Source: Octopus vulgaris
Taxonomy: Eukaryota
Reading direction: 5' to 3'
NCBI GenBank assembly: GCA_951406725.2
Contig: OX597815.1
Span: 92,194,001-92,258,000, forward strand
DNA: 64,000 nt
The stretch's first letter is position 1; each line of letters opens with the position of its first letter. The position numbers were made by a program, and so were the translations under genes. This document shows positions 36,212 through 50,117 of the stretch, piece after piece. Below the pieces are notes generated by a model. The model ran no database searches and was not told the origin of the DNA. It saw only the letters and a list, made by a program, of their open reading frames with translations.

Positions 36212-38050
36212 CTGCAAGAGAATAAAGAGAACAGAAAAGCCCAAATGACTTATTCTAAAATCTTTCAGGGACCTTAGTACTTGGTTAATTAAAATACTTG
36301 TCACACTAAAAATGACTTAAATCTTCAAATATTTTAAATTCGTTCTATTTGAATAACCAGATTTATAAAAATCAAACATTTTAAACTTTGTACTTATTTA
36401 ATGCCTGAAAATTTAGTTACACTACACTACACCCAAGCAGAACCTGCTACAGAAAATAGAACCTAAATTAATGAAATAATGAACTAAATCAACTTCAGAG
36501 CCCTAATAAAGTCAACAAGAAAAATAGCATGAACATTGATTATTAAATGTGTAAATGAAAAATTGGAGAAGTCTGGAATAACTGGAAAACAGGAATTAAT
36601 TGTAACTACCTAATTTTCATACATATTTTCAAAGTTGAAATATGTAATCATAAATTACATATTCAACAAATACTTAAATTAACTAATTGCTAATGCAATT
36701 AATAACAGATAAAACAAAGCATGATAGGCTTGATACTGCTTCCCAATCTATAATCAATTTTAAGGGACATTTCATATATATAAAACTATTTAAGCCAATA
36801 AGCATTTCAATTTAATTTTCATAAACAATTTTACATCAGTTGGATCAGAGACTCAACTTTCTATCCAAACAAAAACCTTTTGAAATAGTTATTAGAGCAT
36901 TCTCATAAACAGGTGTGCCTATACCAGATCTTGGGTATTTAATGTAACAAAGAACTTCACTTAAACCACATCTTGGTCTGGAACTTCACTAAATATTTTA
37001 TATTTAACTTCTCAAATTTCATGTTTTAATATTATAAATCTGAACGAATATAAGGGTGGGGTATTTGCCACATTGCTCTATTTACCATGCTTATTCCTTT
37101 GATAATATGAAATTACATATTTACTTAATATCATTTTTGAACAGTTGAGATGCATAACTCAATAGTAAACTCTTGAGCATCTATTTGGCAAACTCAAAAG
37201 AATGAAAGATACAAAATATTTTCATGTTCAATGAATATAGAAACAAGCCCCAGTACTGTCCTAAACTTTATCACTCTAGAATTACAATTTGAAGCAAATC
37301 AGGTGAAAAACCTAAATCATAGCCATTTCTTCATTTTTACGTCCACTCTTTCATGCTGACAAGAGTTAGACCAAGTAATTCTAGTAACCATGCCAAAGCT
37401 GACAACGGAGCACGACACAGCCCCTAGGGCGGCCAGATCCTGACAAACCATAATCCATACCAACATGGAGAACAGATGGATGATGATAATAATGCCTCCA
37501 AAATAAATTGAGAACCACCTCTCCTTTGTACGTACATTCCATATTTCCCATGTTTTCTTTAATTAGAACTTCCTATTGCTAACTTTACTTACCTAAGAAT
37601 TTTGTCTGACCTACTTCCATTTTGACAATTTTGCTGAATGTTTCACATTACCTTCTGGAAAAGCATTCAATATCTTCCTTTTGAACACTCACAGTTCAAA
37701 GCTGTATAAGGATTCACAAAGCATTTTCTGAAAACAACTTCCCCACTTTCTCCATAAATCAAATTGGGGATATGTTAAACCATTTTCCTAAGGCATACCA
37801 ATTTTTTTGGAAAATTCTCATATATATAATTATTATTAAATTGAATTAAAATTAGCGTCAACTCAAAATTCCACTAAACATGTCTAAAGGCTAATATGAT
37901 ATATATTCAATTTACACACAGGTACACAGTGAAAAAGATGTGGCTTAAATTACACAGCTGAGAAGCTTCCAGGACGAATTATTTTGACACTGCCAGAAGT
38001 ACTTCTCTAACCAGAAAAGAATGAACTTTTCAGCCATTTGCTTCAATAAT

Positions 38051-38183
38051 TTTACTCTAGTAGGCTGACCAGGGACTAATCAAGAAGGCTGTCATTTCAC
38101 ATTATTTGGACTGTTTTAAAAAGAAAAATATTAGTTTGAAACCAAGTATCTCATGTTCTTAGCACAATGCTTGATTTTCTCAA
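38051..38183 (+). repeat. About 135-bp direct duplication, copy 1
   Basis: Near-identical to 40210-40347. Confidence 0.92.
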
Positions 38184-40209
38184 TTATGATTTATTTGAAT
38201 GAAACCTAAGCCGTCCATTCATCATCTAATTAATTACTGCATAACCTACAGTAGTGTAACCCCAAACCAACTTTGTTTTCCCCTTCCTTGAAAATGTATA
38301 TTTTGTAAAAAAAGAAACTTTTAATCCGAGGAAACATAGATGGTCTCTATCGACTTTATTTAAGTTTTGGAAATTTTGTGAGTGGCGAGTGCTTTAAATA
38401 TTGCATAAATATTTTGTTATGCTAGAAAAGAAACCATCAAGATAATCGTAAATCCCCCCCCCAAAAAAAGAAAATGCATTTTAAAGAAAGCTATAGAAAA
38501 ATAAAGCCAGGGATACTTTCTGGAGTTACGCCCTTCGCTGTAAAATCATTCGAAGTAGCGTGAAATATCAATACAAAATTACGAATCTTAACGATTAGTT
38601 TATTAAAAAAAAAAATTAAATGTCACTAGATCTATCAACATTTTCTAAAATCTCAATAGCCGTAAAATATAAAAATTGATTGCAGAGTTCATTCACTAAT
38701 AAGCAGAACGACCCCCTCCCATTTAAACTGCATTCATCGCTGGTAGTTAGAAATATTTCATTCAAATTTTCAAGTTATTTCCATGTATTAAAAACTTTGA
38801 GACATGCGCCTCACAACCTAATATTCAAAAAGGATTTATTTAAACACACATATTGCAGTGTCACTATCAGATAATATATATACGCGCACACACACGCAAT
38901 AATACCGTCATCCCGACATATAGTGTCATCTTTGTTTACATAAATCTTATTTCGACGAGGAGCTGCCACCATCTGTGACAATGTCTCTCACCCGTAATTA
39001 CCTGAATATATTGATACTTATCGTTAATTTTTTTTTATCAAACATTTTATGCTGTGTAAATTGTATAGAAATGAAATACAATAGCCGAACATTTTTGAAG
39101 CCTCAAAAAGCCTGTTCAAATGTTGGATGTAAGTCTAACCTGTGTCACCCCTTGCCTACATAGTGGTCAAAATTTCGTCTTAACGTTAAATAAGCTTTTT
39201 CTCACTAAGGACACATAATAACCGCTGACAGCATAAAGTTCATTAGCAGAGATTGCTAAGAAATTATTGATGAACGTTTTCCTGACGAAAAAACTTATCT
39301 CTGAGACACCAAATTATGAAATATCTTTTAATTGAAGACATTTGTAGTTAAATATTTCACTCGGATTTCATTAGAACACATGCAAAAAGAAAAGGCTATT
39401 GGATTAAGTCTTTAATTAGTCCTTGTATAATGTCATTTCTCTTCCTCCCATACAGAGATGTTTATTTTTTACAAGTTTGCATGCTTAATTTACAAAAATC
39501 AACTTTCACTTAAGCCATTCATTTGCTGAATCTTATATTTCAGTTTTCCCGATATCACTGCTGTAAGATCTCCATTATTTTAATATATCCTTTGGTTTAA
39601 ATACCTATACAAATGTAAGACATTTTTAAAATGACAACTTTCGATGAAATCGATTCGAAAGTTTCAATCAACTTAAGTGAAATTAAACTTATTTGAAAAT
39701 TAAAAACCCTTATAATGAAGTTGAAAAATCTAGCTCATAATAGCTTCTACACCACTCAATACTAGCGACCGAATGAATAATGAAACTGGAGTGACAGAAG
39801 CAGCAGGGTGCTGGCGATCGCCTTTAGTCGGCAGCAGCAAAGAGAGAGAGGGTGAAGAAAGTAAATACAAGCAGTGTTCATGAGTAATATATTGGATAAA
39901 GTATATTCTTTCTATTTGTCCTACTTGACCATATTGAAATATCTTGGTGCTACAACTAATACTATGATTATTATCATCTACACTTTACTGCTACCGCTAC
40001 TTGTAAAGACAGCGAACATGACATGCTGCTACTACTAAATACGAGGAGAGAGCAGACCAAAACAATCAATAAATTACCAGTTGTTAGTGAATCATTAAGC
40101 TAACAACTCTTCCTACTGACACACATGTTCCACACTTTTCAGCAAACAATATTACAAGAGGAAAATGTAGGTCCTAGATATGCAAAAGGCTGGGATAGCC
40201 TTGATCATC

Positions 40210-40347
40210 TTTACTCTAGTAGGCTGACCTGGGACTAATGAAGAAGGCTGTCATTTCACATTATTTGGACTGTTTTAAAAAGAAAAATATTAGTCTGAAA
40301 CCAAGTATCTCATGTTCTTAGAGCAACACAATGCTTGATTTTCTCAA
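40210..40347 (+). repeat. About 135-bp direct duplication, copy 2
   Basis: Near-identical to 38051-38183 with a small insertion. Confidence 0.92.
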
Positions 40348-43300
40348 CTTCAGCTCACAGAAATATAAGAAACTAATTAAAATGAATATATTGTTTTGTA
40401 CAATTAAAAATGAAACTGCTAATGTATTAGTCATAGGAGATACCTTAGAAATAATTATCTCCAATTACATAACTTTTATTTCTGTTTATATCAAGCCAAA
40501 TTAATAATGTTGCTAAATTTTTACAATACAACTATTTTCATTATTAATCACTATAGAACTATTGCTTAGGCCGAAGATTATATATGTATGTATATATAGT
40601 GGCAGCTGTTTATACAACTGATATTAAAAGAAACACGTTAGAAAAATATGGCGGTCGATAGTGATCTGAAGAGATTTTTATCTTCTATCAACGAAAGAAG
40701 GAAATGTTTGGATACATAGATGGAACAGAATTACTTTAGAATAAAAACTGTCGATTATTAATTCGATTATCTTTGTATTGCTCGAGTTAATATTCTAATC
40801 GAGACTAATATATATAATGTAATAATAATACTAGAGAAAGCGGGAGGGTAAGGAAAGATAATGGGGGGGGAGGTTTATGATTTGGCGGCAGAGTAAAGAG
40901 AGCAGTTTTAAGACGATGGCCTACTTAACATAAGCAGTAGTAATGTGGCCGGCCCTGGCAACAGATGAACGAGCTGGGCCGGCTTTCACACTATTCAGCT
41001 ACCAACACACATACACACAGCTTTTGTAAACTGACTGCGCTATCTTCTTATTTACTTGACAGTACGCGACAATCGTCCACCATAGTGTACAGATTCATTA
41101 AATACTTCTCCAGATTAAACGTAAGTCAATTTTCATTTCCCACCATAAATTACGATTGACAGCAGGTAATAAATAAATAAAATAAGAAAACAGCTTGTTA
41201 AAAACGTAAAAATTTTATTTAAATTCAAAAGGAAAAAAAAACTGTTTTAAGAGTGAATAAAGAAAGGTAGAAGACGGGTAGAAATGAGGTCGTTTGAGTA
41301 CCCATTGCCAAATGGCGGTGACACCACGTGTAAGGACGAGGAAGTGTGTCCGCCCATTTATAAAGGTAGATAGTTGGAGAATCAAGTTCACTGCATTATA
41401 TCAGAATTAAGACTTCCCATCAAGGAAGAACGATATGAAAGTAAGTTATTCTAAACATCTTAAGTGAAGAGAAGATATTAAAAGGCGAGATTTGAGCAGT
41501 AAATCAAGTCAGTGTAGAGTTAGGTTTATAGAGTACTTCCTGTTTGAAACCTTTGTACACTAGTTAGGACAGCTTAACAAGAACGAAGGAAGAAGTGAAG
41601 CCATCCATTTTCCTTCACGGAGGTGTGTTCATAGTGGCAGCACCAATTATTTATCGATTACATCGATCCATCATGGTGATCGATGTTAAATTTTAAAGCA
41701 GTATTTTTAATGATTTGAAATAATTTAATTGCCGACTGTAACCAGTGTATCTAGAGTGACAATTTTACTAAATACAAGTAACAAAAGTATATATATATAT
41801 ACAATGCAGTGTAAGTTGTTATACTCAAAAGTGAATAGTCGTGGTAAGGGTAAGAGTGGCTCCATACAGTAACAGTAACCGTTTAAGAGTTGTGAAGAAA
41901 GAGGCGCGCTTCGTTGCTGCCATCCGCCGCCTTCAAAAAGATCGAACTGAAGAGGACAGAAATAGTACACCGTTTCATAGGCAATAACATCAATAAAGTT
42001 AGATAGCTTCTACGAAATCAAAAACTGCAGAGTAAAATAAATGGGGCCAATGAAAAAGATCCAAGAGACATCTAGAAGGAAATAAATGGAGGCAAGCAAG
42101 CTACGGTGGCAGCTACTACTACTACTGTAACACTAACGACCAGCTTCACACCGCCGCAGCACACACACACACAACTACATAAAATCATTAGAACATTTGT
42201 TGTCACCTTACTGCATCATAGAGATTGAAACACTTCCTTCATCACTTCTTAACTAACACTATCATTTTGTTAAATTAGTCTGCCTGATGTCCACAAAATG
42301 GAGGTTTGATTTAGAAGCTTTATTTAAGCATAATCAAACACTTCAACAGTCAATTACCTAGATATGCACAACACGGACTGTGGCAATGGACACGATCCAA
42401 ACGAGCAAGTTTATAACGCGTGAAAATAAGGAAAATTCAAATAAAATAAAGATCTCGATTGACCATATATTATATATTTCCCCCCTCCCACCTTTGTCTG
42501 CCCTTGTTTACGTCGAAACCATCCATTAATATGAAAAATATATTTAATATCGGCATAAAAATAGCTATGATCGGTTAATTACGACATTAAAAAATCAATA
42601 ATTAGCAGAGAGATTAATTGCGAGAATTTCTGAAGTGATTCAGACACAGAAAATAGTTGAAGAAATAACGACATTTGCTGATTCGGTTAAAACGACATTT
42701 TTATTTTCTAGACCGCGGCCAGGGTTTTAAATCCCAACCAAAATACATATTTTAAAGGGCGTTTTTACGTATAATATTTACATAAAAATGATCTATGTAT
42801 CTTTATAAAAACAAATGAACAAATATGCAAATCGAAACCTAAGGTTGACGCTTCAAATAAATACCAAGAAAAGAGAGTCGAAACGGCAGCCTACTTACGA
42901 ACAATGGCGGACCTTACAATGGAGCTTCCCACTCCTCGGATGGCTAAAATAATGCACTTTTTGAGTTCCTAAAACAAAAATATAATTTCAGTACCCTTTA
43001 GACATTTTTGGAGCATTCGTTTTATATCCTTGCAGAGCTGGATGGGTCTTTGTATCCATTTTCCACGCCGGATTTCCAATACCAGCGCGAGCTTCCTTGC
43101 CAGCATTACTCCAATTCTCTCGCATTTCAGCTTTATATATGCTTGCTTCACAACCAAAAATTTTGATTGGTCAATCGATATCACATGATTACAAGCTGAA
43201 CGCAATCAATGAAAATAACCAGCAATTTTCTTTAAATGTTCAACATTAACTCCAAATACGAGTGAAATGTCTTCGTAGAATTTCTACATCTACAAAATTC

Positions 43301-43486
43301 TTAAAAGAAATAAAGGTTTAGCCTTAGACTGACAATAGTAAGCGACCGAACAGACCATGAGAATATACAACTGTTAACCTAAACAGTGATACTAACAACA
43401 ATTTGGAGGAGACGGCGCTGAAGTGAGCGCTGATTGGTCAAAAGAGGTCAGCTGATCTCTTATCTTCAGATCTATGGCAGACTCAC

Positions 43487-43541
43487 CTTCCACGCCGAAT
43501 TTCCCTATTTTTTCCCTCCATTTATTCTCCAATATTTCCAT
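43487..43541 (-). other. Candidate first-exon 3' part (ATG to donor)
   Basis: AAG|GTGAGT donor at 43481-43486; upstream ATG gives MEILENKWREKIGKFGVE plus 1 nt. Confidence 0.4.
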
Positions 43542-45004
43542 CGTTTTTACATTGCTATTGTTATTTTAAAAAGTTCTGTAAAGTAAATCAAAATTAAAGA
43601 TTTCAGTATGTTGCATTGTATACACCTGCATGCAAAAGAGAAAATGAAATGAAAAATATATTTAACGAAATGTGTTTTAAAGCTGGTGTATTTTATCGCT
43701 TTTTTTTCTTATAAAATGTGAATGTTGAAACGAATAAAATATAAATGTTGAGATATTAGAATAAAGTCGGCAACAGCAAGAATATTCCTTTAAAAAAAAG
43801 TAATAGCATAGGGCTAAGACATTGCTGTGAGTGTTGCTAAGAGGTCAATGGATAGCCATAACAGTAGGTGTCAGTACGCATGCGCTAGTTGTACTTTTTG
43901 CATACGTCTGTGCATGTATGTATATATGTATATGTGTGCGAGGCACCTTATGTCCGCGATTTTAATATAGCTCGGTAGTGAACCAGCATTTGCTCGTCTC
44001 TTTCATATTTACTAGGTTCACCGAGATTTTTTTTTAATGTTTATTTCACCGATCTCAATATAATTATAGAAAAACGATAGAGTTTAACTCTCCTTATCAT
44101 CATTATCGACTTAAGTTCTATTAGTCTAGAAAGACTAATTTCAGAGTAAAATTTTACGATCTAAAACCGGCATCGAATGTTATTTATAGCAGCTTAAAGC
44201 AAAATTCATTCTAAATGTTTATGAAAGCAGAGACGGAAACTATCTCCATTTCAGTCGGTGTTTAAATGAATCGAAACGGAGCTACGAGACAAAGGATAAT
44301 ACGCTGAAGATAATTAATGATAAAATCCTATTTATTTCAATCAATCGATCTTTATTGACATCAAAGGCAAGTATAAGTTTTAAAATATCAGTGTTTCAGC
44401 TCAAGTCCGCTTAGTGATGGAACTTTCCGAGTTTTTCTACAGATAGTCTACTGCTCTACCCACCTCATACACACCAACTTTATATGCCATGTGTTATGTA
44501 GATTAAACACATATTTTCTGCGCGCGCGTGTGAATATGTGCACTTCGTATATCCCTCTCTTCTGTCCATTTTTCCATTCATATTTCAAACATTAAGCCAG
44601 TGACCATGCACTTTTGTTTACTTTTTCGCAAATTTGTATACTGTCTTCCCTTTCAACATCTTTTATTCACAAGAAGTGTTGACATCTTTTTATGTTTATT
44701 ATTTATCAGGTTCTATTTGATATTTTGTTACGTTTCTTCCCACATCATATCACATGCATTACAGATATCGACACAATTTAATGTGTGTGTGCTTTTCTTA
44801 ATAAACATTGCACACACGCATACATATCTATCTAATATATATGTGTGTCGTCCATAAGTCTGAAAAAGTCTCATCAGTGAGTAATAGAGTGGCTATGTAT
44901 GGTATTAAGGAGCACGTCTGAGGAGTCAGTATTGCCTGGTCGGCGCGAAACCGACGGTAACATTCTGACCAGAGACAAAGCATAGCCATTAATATTGGGA
45001 TCGA

Positions 45005-45099
<95 letters not shown>

Positions 45100-45660
45100 T
45101 GGCAGCAGGTGCTTCTATATCGGGTCGTCGTTGTTGACTTAACAAAAGCCTTTGACACCTTTAACAGAGAAGAAAGACTAGGAAAGTTGGATTGTCCGTC
45201 AAGTTTGTAGTTTAAGAAACAACATTGTAACATTAGGGCTCTAGTCACTTTCAGAGAGCATCTCTGACGAAGTTACTATAAACAATGGGGTTAAATAATG
45301 CGATATCCTAACCTCTGCTTTATTCTCGGTATTTTTTCATGCATGTCACACTAATATCCACTTGAAGTTATATGAATAACATGCAAGGCCTTTGACCTGA
45401 GGGAATTCTATTATAACTTTGATTCGAGTGTTACTTTATACAGATGGTGCTGATTTTTGTTGCTTCTAATGTAAATAACACGCGGTTTATAATGGACCAC
45501 TTTATAGTTGCATGCGATGCATTTGATCCCATAGTAAGCTTGAAGACTAATGTCAATTTCTCCACCGAGTGATCCCTACATTGAACAAAACGTTTAAGTA
45601 ATTGGTATCAGATTAAAGATTGTGGGGCACATTTTTTTAATCTTGGGAACATTCCTTCTA
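45100..45660 (+). pseudogene. Highly decayed RTE/BovB-like RT fragment
   Basis: [26 protein letters not shown]. Confidence 0.7.
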
Positions 45661-45909
45661 ATTTGTTGTGGGCGTGCGGAGAAATTGCATGTGTACAAGT
45701 TTTGTTTTTGTTTGGAATGTGCGCAACTATTCGAGTAAACATTTACTCAAATTTCTTCATTTAAAAAAGTTCGATTTTATCTTTGAGATTTAGAAACATC
45801 TACTGATACCAACCTTTTACCCTCAAAGTGTTGAGGTAAAAATAATGTTGCAATATCTGTTATGTGATGTGAGTTCCTTTAGTTTTTTTTGTTTGTTTTT
45901 TTTTTGTAA

Positions 45910-46130
45910 TTGCATGAGATGCAAACTGGTTTCATTCTAGAGCAATGTATTACTAATGCTCTTTATCTTGAAAGACAGCTCCAGGAGAGGTATTTAACCA
46001 AAAGTAAACCACTATACTCAGCATTCATCAGCCTGGAGAAAATCTTCAACAAGGTCCCTTCCTCTCTGATCTTGTGGATGCAAGGAGTAGGTGAATGCCT
46101 GGTGACAGTCATTCTAGCTATGTAGAGATA
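45910..46130 (+). pseudogene. Decayed RTE RT fragment
   Basis: RQLQERYLTKSKPLYSAFISLEKIFNKVP, homologous to 28110-28260. Confidence 0.75.
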
Positions 46131-46379
46131 TTAGGAATGAGTGCAGGTTGGCTTTCAGGGCTTAAAGAACAAGCCATCATTGAGAATGGTAAATGATTTT
46201 CTAAGTTTTCATGTTGACAGTTTTATAGACTTTGCAACATCATGTGGGCATGTGACCTACCTCGTAAGGTCCTTCCAGACATTAAGGAAATCTACAAGAA
46301 TTCAAAGTGTTGCATAAGAAAAGATTGATATAGTAGCAGACTTGAAGTTATTGTGTGTGTCTGACAAGGATGCTTGTTA

Positions 46380-47080
46380 TTGTCAATCCTTTTTGCATTG
46401 ACCATAGATTGGGTCCTGAAGAAAGCAAATGAAGGTCAAGGAATGGTTGTTATAGGAAAAGTTGGTAAACCTGGATTTTGCAGATAACATCACTACATAA
46501 GCAGAATCCACACAGGACTTCTAGTCAGTGAAGTTGGCACTTCAGCTGCAAGTATAGGCCTCAGCATCAGCACTTAGAGGATCAAAAACATGCTGACTAG
46601 GATGCACACTTCACCATGAGAGGTTACATTGACCAGAAGTAAGCAGGGATTGTAGGCAACTTCACCTATCTTGGGAGACATGAAGATATAGATGCAGAGT
46701 GAGAAAGGTATCAGTCACATTCAACCCACTTAATAAAATCTAGAAGAGCAAAAATCTTTCTCTAAAACTCAAAATACAGTTCTACATTAATATACTTTCT
46801 ACCCTGAAAACTAGCAAAAAAAACCCCCAAAAAACTGGATGCTTATGACAGCGGATGCTTAAGGAAAATATTAGGCATCACATGGAATAACTGAGGCAGT
46901 CAGAAGAGCAGTGTCCATCACCATCTGCAAGCACCAACTAAGATGGGACATGTAAGACTCCCAACAAAGTGGTTTATCAACCAAGTCCTTAAGAAGAAAC
47001 CTTTGGGGCAACAGTGCAGGGGACATCCCAAAATAAACTGGCACAAGACAAATGACAGAGACCTTCAGTTGGTAAGGTTA
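46380..47080 (+). pseudogene. Decayed RTE-group RT C-terminal fragment (another family)
   Basis: IDWVLK, NLDFADNI, NFTYLG, KLDAYDSGCLRKILGITW. Confidence 0.7.
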
Positions 47081-47335
47081 TGATAGACCAAAATACTAAA
47101 GGAGGCTGCCAACTTCTCTTAGGATTTTCAACTGCAACCTGCCACTGGTAAAGTTCAACAGATGGTAACAGTGTCTGCTTGTAGCACATGTTTTACTGTT
47201 AATTCTCAGTTACCATAATGATAACGATTGCACACCATGCATTTGCTGTTGAAATATTTATCAAGAATAGTAAATGTGAGGGTTTTTTGCTGCACTCTGT
47301 GTGTGCATGTGTATACATATAATGAGAAATATTTC

Positions 47336-47627
47336 ATGGATGAAAATTTTATATTCTAATTAATGCATGCCTACATATGTTTTGGCATGACTTATTTTTA
47401 TGGTACTATCTCAACACATCCATAGAACATTATTAAATAATAGTCTAAGAACATTAACACTAAATTGCCTGAGGAAGTATGCATGTCGAATTAGGGACCC
47501 TCTAGGGTCCATGAATGTTATAAATAATATTTAATAATGTCCTATGGATGTGGTGAGGTAGTCCCAAAAAATACGTTATGCTGAAACATATGTAGCAATG
47601 CAATGATAAAGATATAAAAATATCCAT
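47336..47627. repeat. Foldback palindrome, about 105-bp imperfect arms
   Basis: CTACATATGTTT...CACATCCATAGAACATTATTAAATA versus TATTTAATAATGTCCTATGGATGTG...AAACATATGTAG. Confidence 0.85.
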
Positions 47628-47799
47628 CTGTGAAAAAGTTCATCCTACCCTATGTGGAGTATTGCATACATAACAATCCCATATAATTAACTTGGTAGGT
47701 TAGGAATAATTACGGTAGCCAGCAACAAGTGGCATTGGAGCTTTTATGAGCGCACTAGTAGGCATTTGCTATATACAAATTTCAAGTGTATGTGTATAT

Positions 47800-47975
47800 T
47801 ATCATCCATTTTCCATATTGGCAAGGATTAGACAGTCTAACAGGATCCACTGAGCTGTAAAGCTGCATTGAACTCCAGCATCAGGTTTGGCATGGTTTCT
47901 ATGGCTGGATGCCCTTCCTAATGCCAACCACTATACAGAATGTACTGGGTTCTTCTTTCATGCCAGTGACACTAG
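47800..47975 (-). mobile_element. RTE 3' tail (degenerate)
   Basis: GGCTGGATGCCCTTCCTAATGCCAACCAC. Confidence 0.75.
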
Positions 47976-48928
47976 TGAGGTTGTAAACATGCAAACAGAA
48001 AAGAAGCAGAAAAAAAGAGGGGAGTATTTGAGAGAGGGCGGAAATGGGTGGCTTTGGACAACCACAGGCATCTTGGTGTAAGGAAGATACATGGTTGAAG
48101 AAAATAAAAGGAAGGTAGTAATGAGATGCTACAGCAAACACTCAAGAAGCAAGAGGGTGACCATAAGAGAAGATAAAGACAGTGAATCATGAAAGAAGAT
48201 TAGAGAGTGGATATTTTAATAAGAGGGTGAGCAGGAGTAACATAAAAATAGTGGGGGTAGAGGTGAATGTAGTAAGTGATGGTGTGGTTGAAGAGAATGG
48301 AGAGGTTCAAGATAAAAGATATAGGGATGGCTCAGGAGGGGGAATAGATCAGAAAGTAGTGGGGTGATGTAGGAGCAGTGGAGAATGGGGGATAAGACAT
48401 ATAAGGGGCTATAGTAAGAGAGGCATGATAGATAGGGTATGAGAGGGTATTCAGAATAATTGCTGAGAAGAAAGGTATTAAGACACCCTGTCCTGATACA
48501 TCGTCAGTGAGTCTCCCCTGTACATCACTACTCTTGACATTTGTAAACTGTGCTTAAGGGAATCACTCACCATCCTTCACAACCACAAACCCTCATAACT
48601 TAATAGATTCTCAGATATAATTCTCTGATGTAAACACAGATTCTACTCATTGTTTACCCATTTTGTTAAATCTATGTAATTCCCTTATTAAAGTTAACCT
48701 TAAGCTACAACTTCGTTGTACTAGTAACGTATTCCTTCCACTAATACCACCATTTCTACTAGATATTCCTTTTTAAGATTACCTTTGCACATCCCTCTTA
48801 CTGCCACTCCATCTTCATACTTTGAATTCTTTCCGCCTCTTCTCCTAGCTCCTCCTCAGCCAAGACACTTAGCACTACCTACTTTTGCTTTGACTAACAA
48901 CCTATCCATCTCCTATTTACTCTTATAC

Positions 48929-49245
48929 ATCATCATCATCATCGTTTAACGTCCGTTCTCCATGCTAGCATGGGTTGGACGGTTCGACCAGGGATCTGGG
49001 AAGCCAGAAGGCTGCACCAGGCTCCGGTCTTATCTGGCAATGTTTCTACAGCTGGATGCCCTTCCTAACGCCAACCACTCTGTGAGTGTAGTGGGTGCTT
49101 TTTACGTGCCACCTGCACTGGTGCCAGGCGAGGCTGGCATCGGCCACGGTAGGATTGGTGCATTTTACGTGCCACCTGCACGGAAGCCAGTCGAGGCGGC
49201 ACTGGCTTCGGCCACGATTCGGATGGTGCTTTTTACGTGCCAGTA
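48929..49245 (-). mobile_element. RTE 3' UTR/tail (young copy)
   Basis: Close match to 25582-25900. Confidence 0.9.
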
Positions 49246-50117
49246 TTCTCCCTCTGCCACCAACCCACCTTCATTCTTTGAATTCCCTCTTTAACCAAAA
49301 CCACTTAGCACTACTTTCTACTGCCTTCCCTACTAACCTTTCCATCCCTTTCACTCTCTCTCTCTCTCTCTCTTCACCTCCCTCTATTTACTCTGATATT
49401 TCTACACACCTTAGTATTTGCCCTCTGCCGCCAAGCCATCTTCATTCTTCAAATTCCCCCTTCACCACCCTGCAAGCCTGTATAACTGGACCCTTTCCCT
49501 CCCCTTAACATTTCACCATTCCCTTTTCTCAGTCTCTCAGTTTCCCTTAGCATCTATTCACAGACCCAACAACAATGACCACCCTTCAAATACTACCCAT
49601 CCAAAATTTCTCCTACCTCTCCATGCCTACTGCTACTTCTCTCGATACCCTGGTCATTCACTCTCTCCATCTTCCTTAACTAACTCTCTTATCTCTTCTT
49701 GCCCTTCCTTGCTCCAGCACTCCCCTCACCCACACGGAGCTACCTACTTTACTCACTCCACTACTGCTTGCCTTCCACTTCACCCTTTCTACCTTTAAAT
49801 TTCCATGATCTGAAATGTCAGATTTTTATCTCTCCACACAGGAGATAGAAGCCAATTCTATCCAATGTTTATTTGCTTCCATTATTGGTTGCATATTCTG
49901 GTGGACTATATCTGCCAACATTATGAAGTAACTTTGAGCCCCCAGAAACAGCTGTCGGACCTGTAACACCATACCTTTTCCCCTTTAATTTTCTGTCTTT
50001 GTACTCAGTAAATTTACCTTGTTAATGTATGAATATTTATATATTTCATACTTGAATATTCATCCTCAGAAAATTTTCAGTTTTTGCTTTCTCTCCATTT
50101 ACAGTGTACATGTTTTT

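Larger units (their letters stand above)
38300..44300. promoter_or_regulatory. Repeat-free, CpG-retaining promoter-like region
   Basis: No recognisable TE or microsatellite for about 6 kb; ATGGCGG (YY1-like) near 40648, 41312 and 42904; inverted CCAAT near 43166 and 43433; CGCATGCGC (NRF1-like) near 43877; several GTAAGT/GTGAGT donors. Confidence 0.55.
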
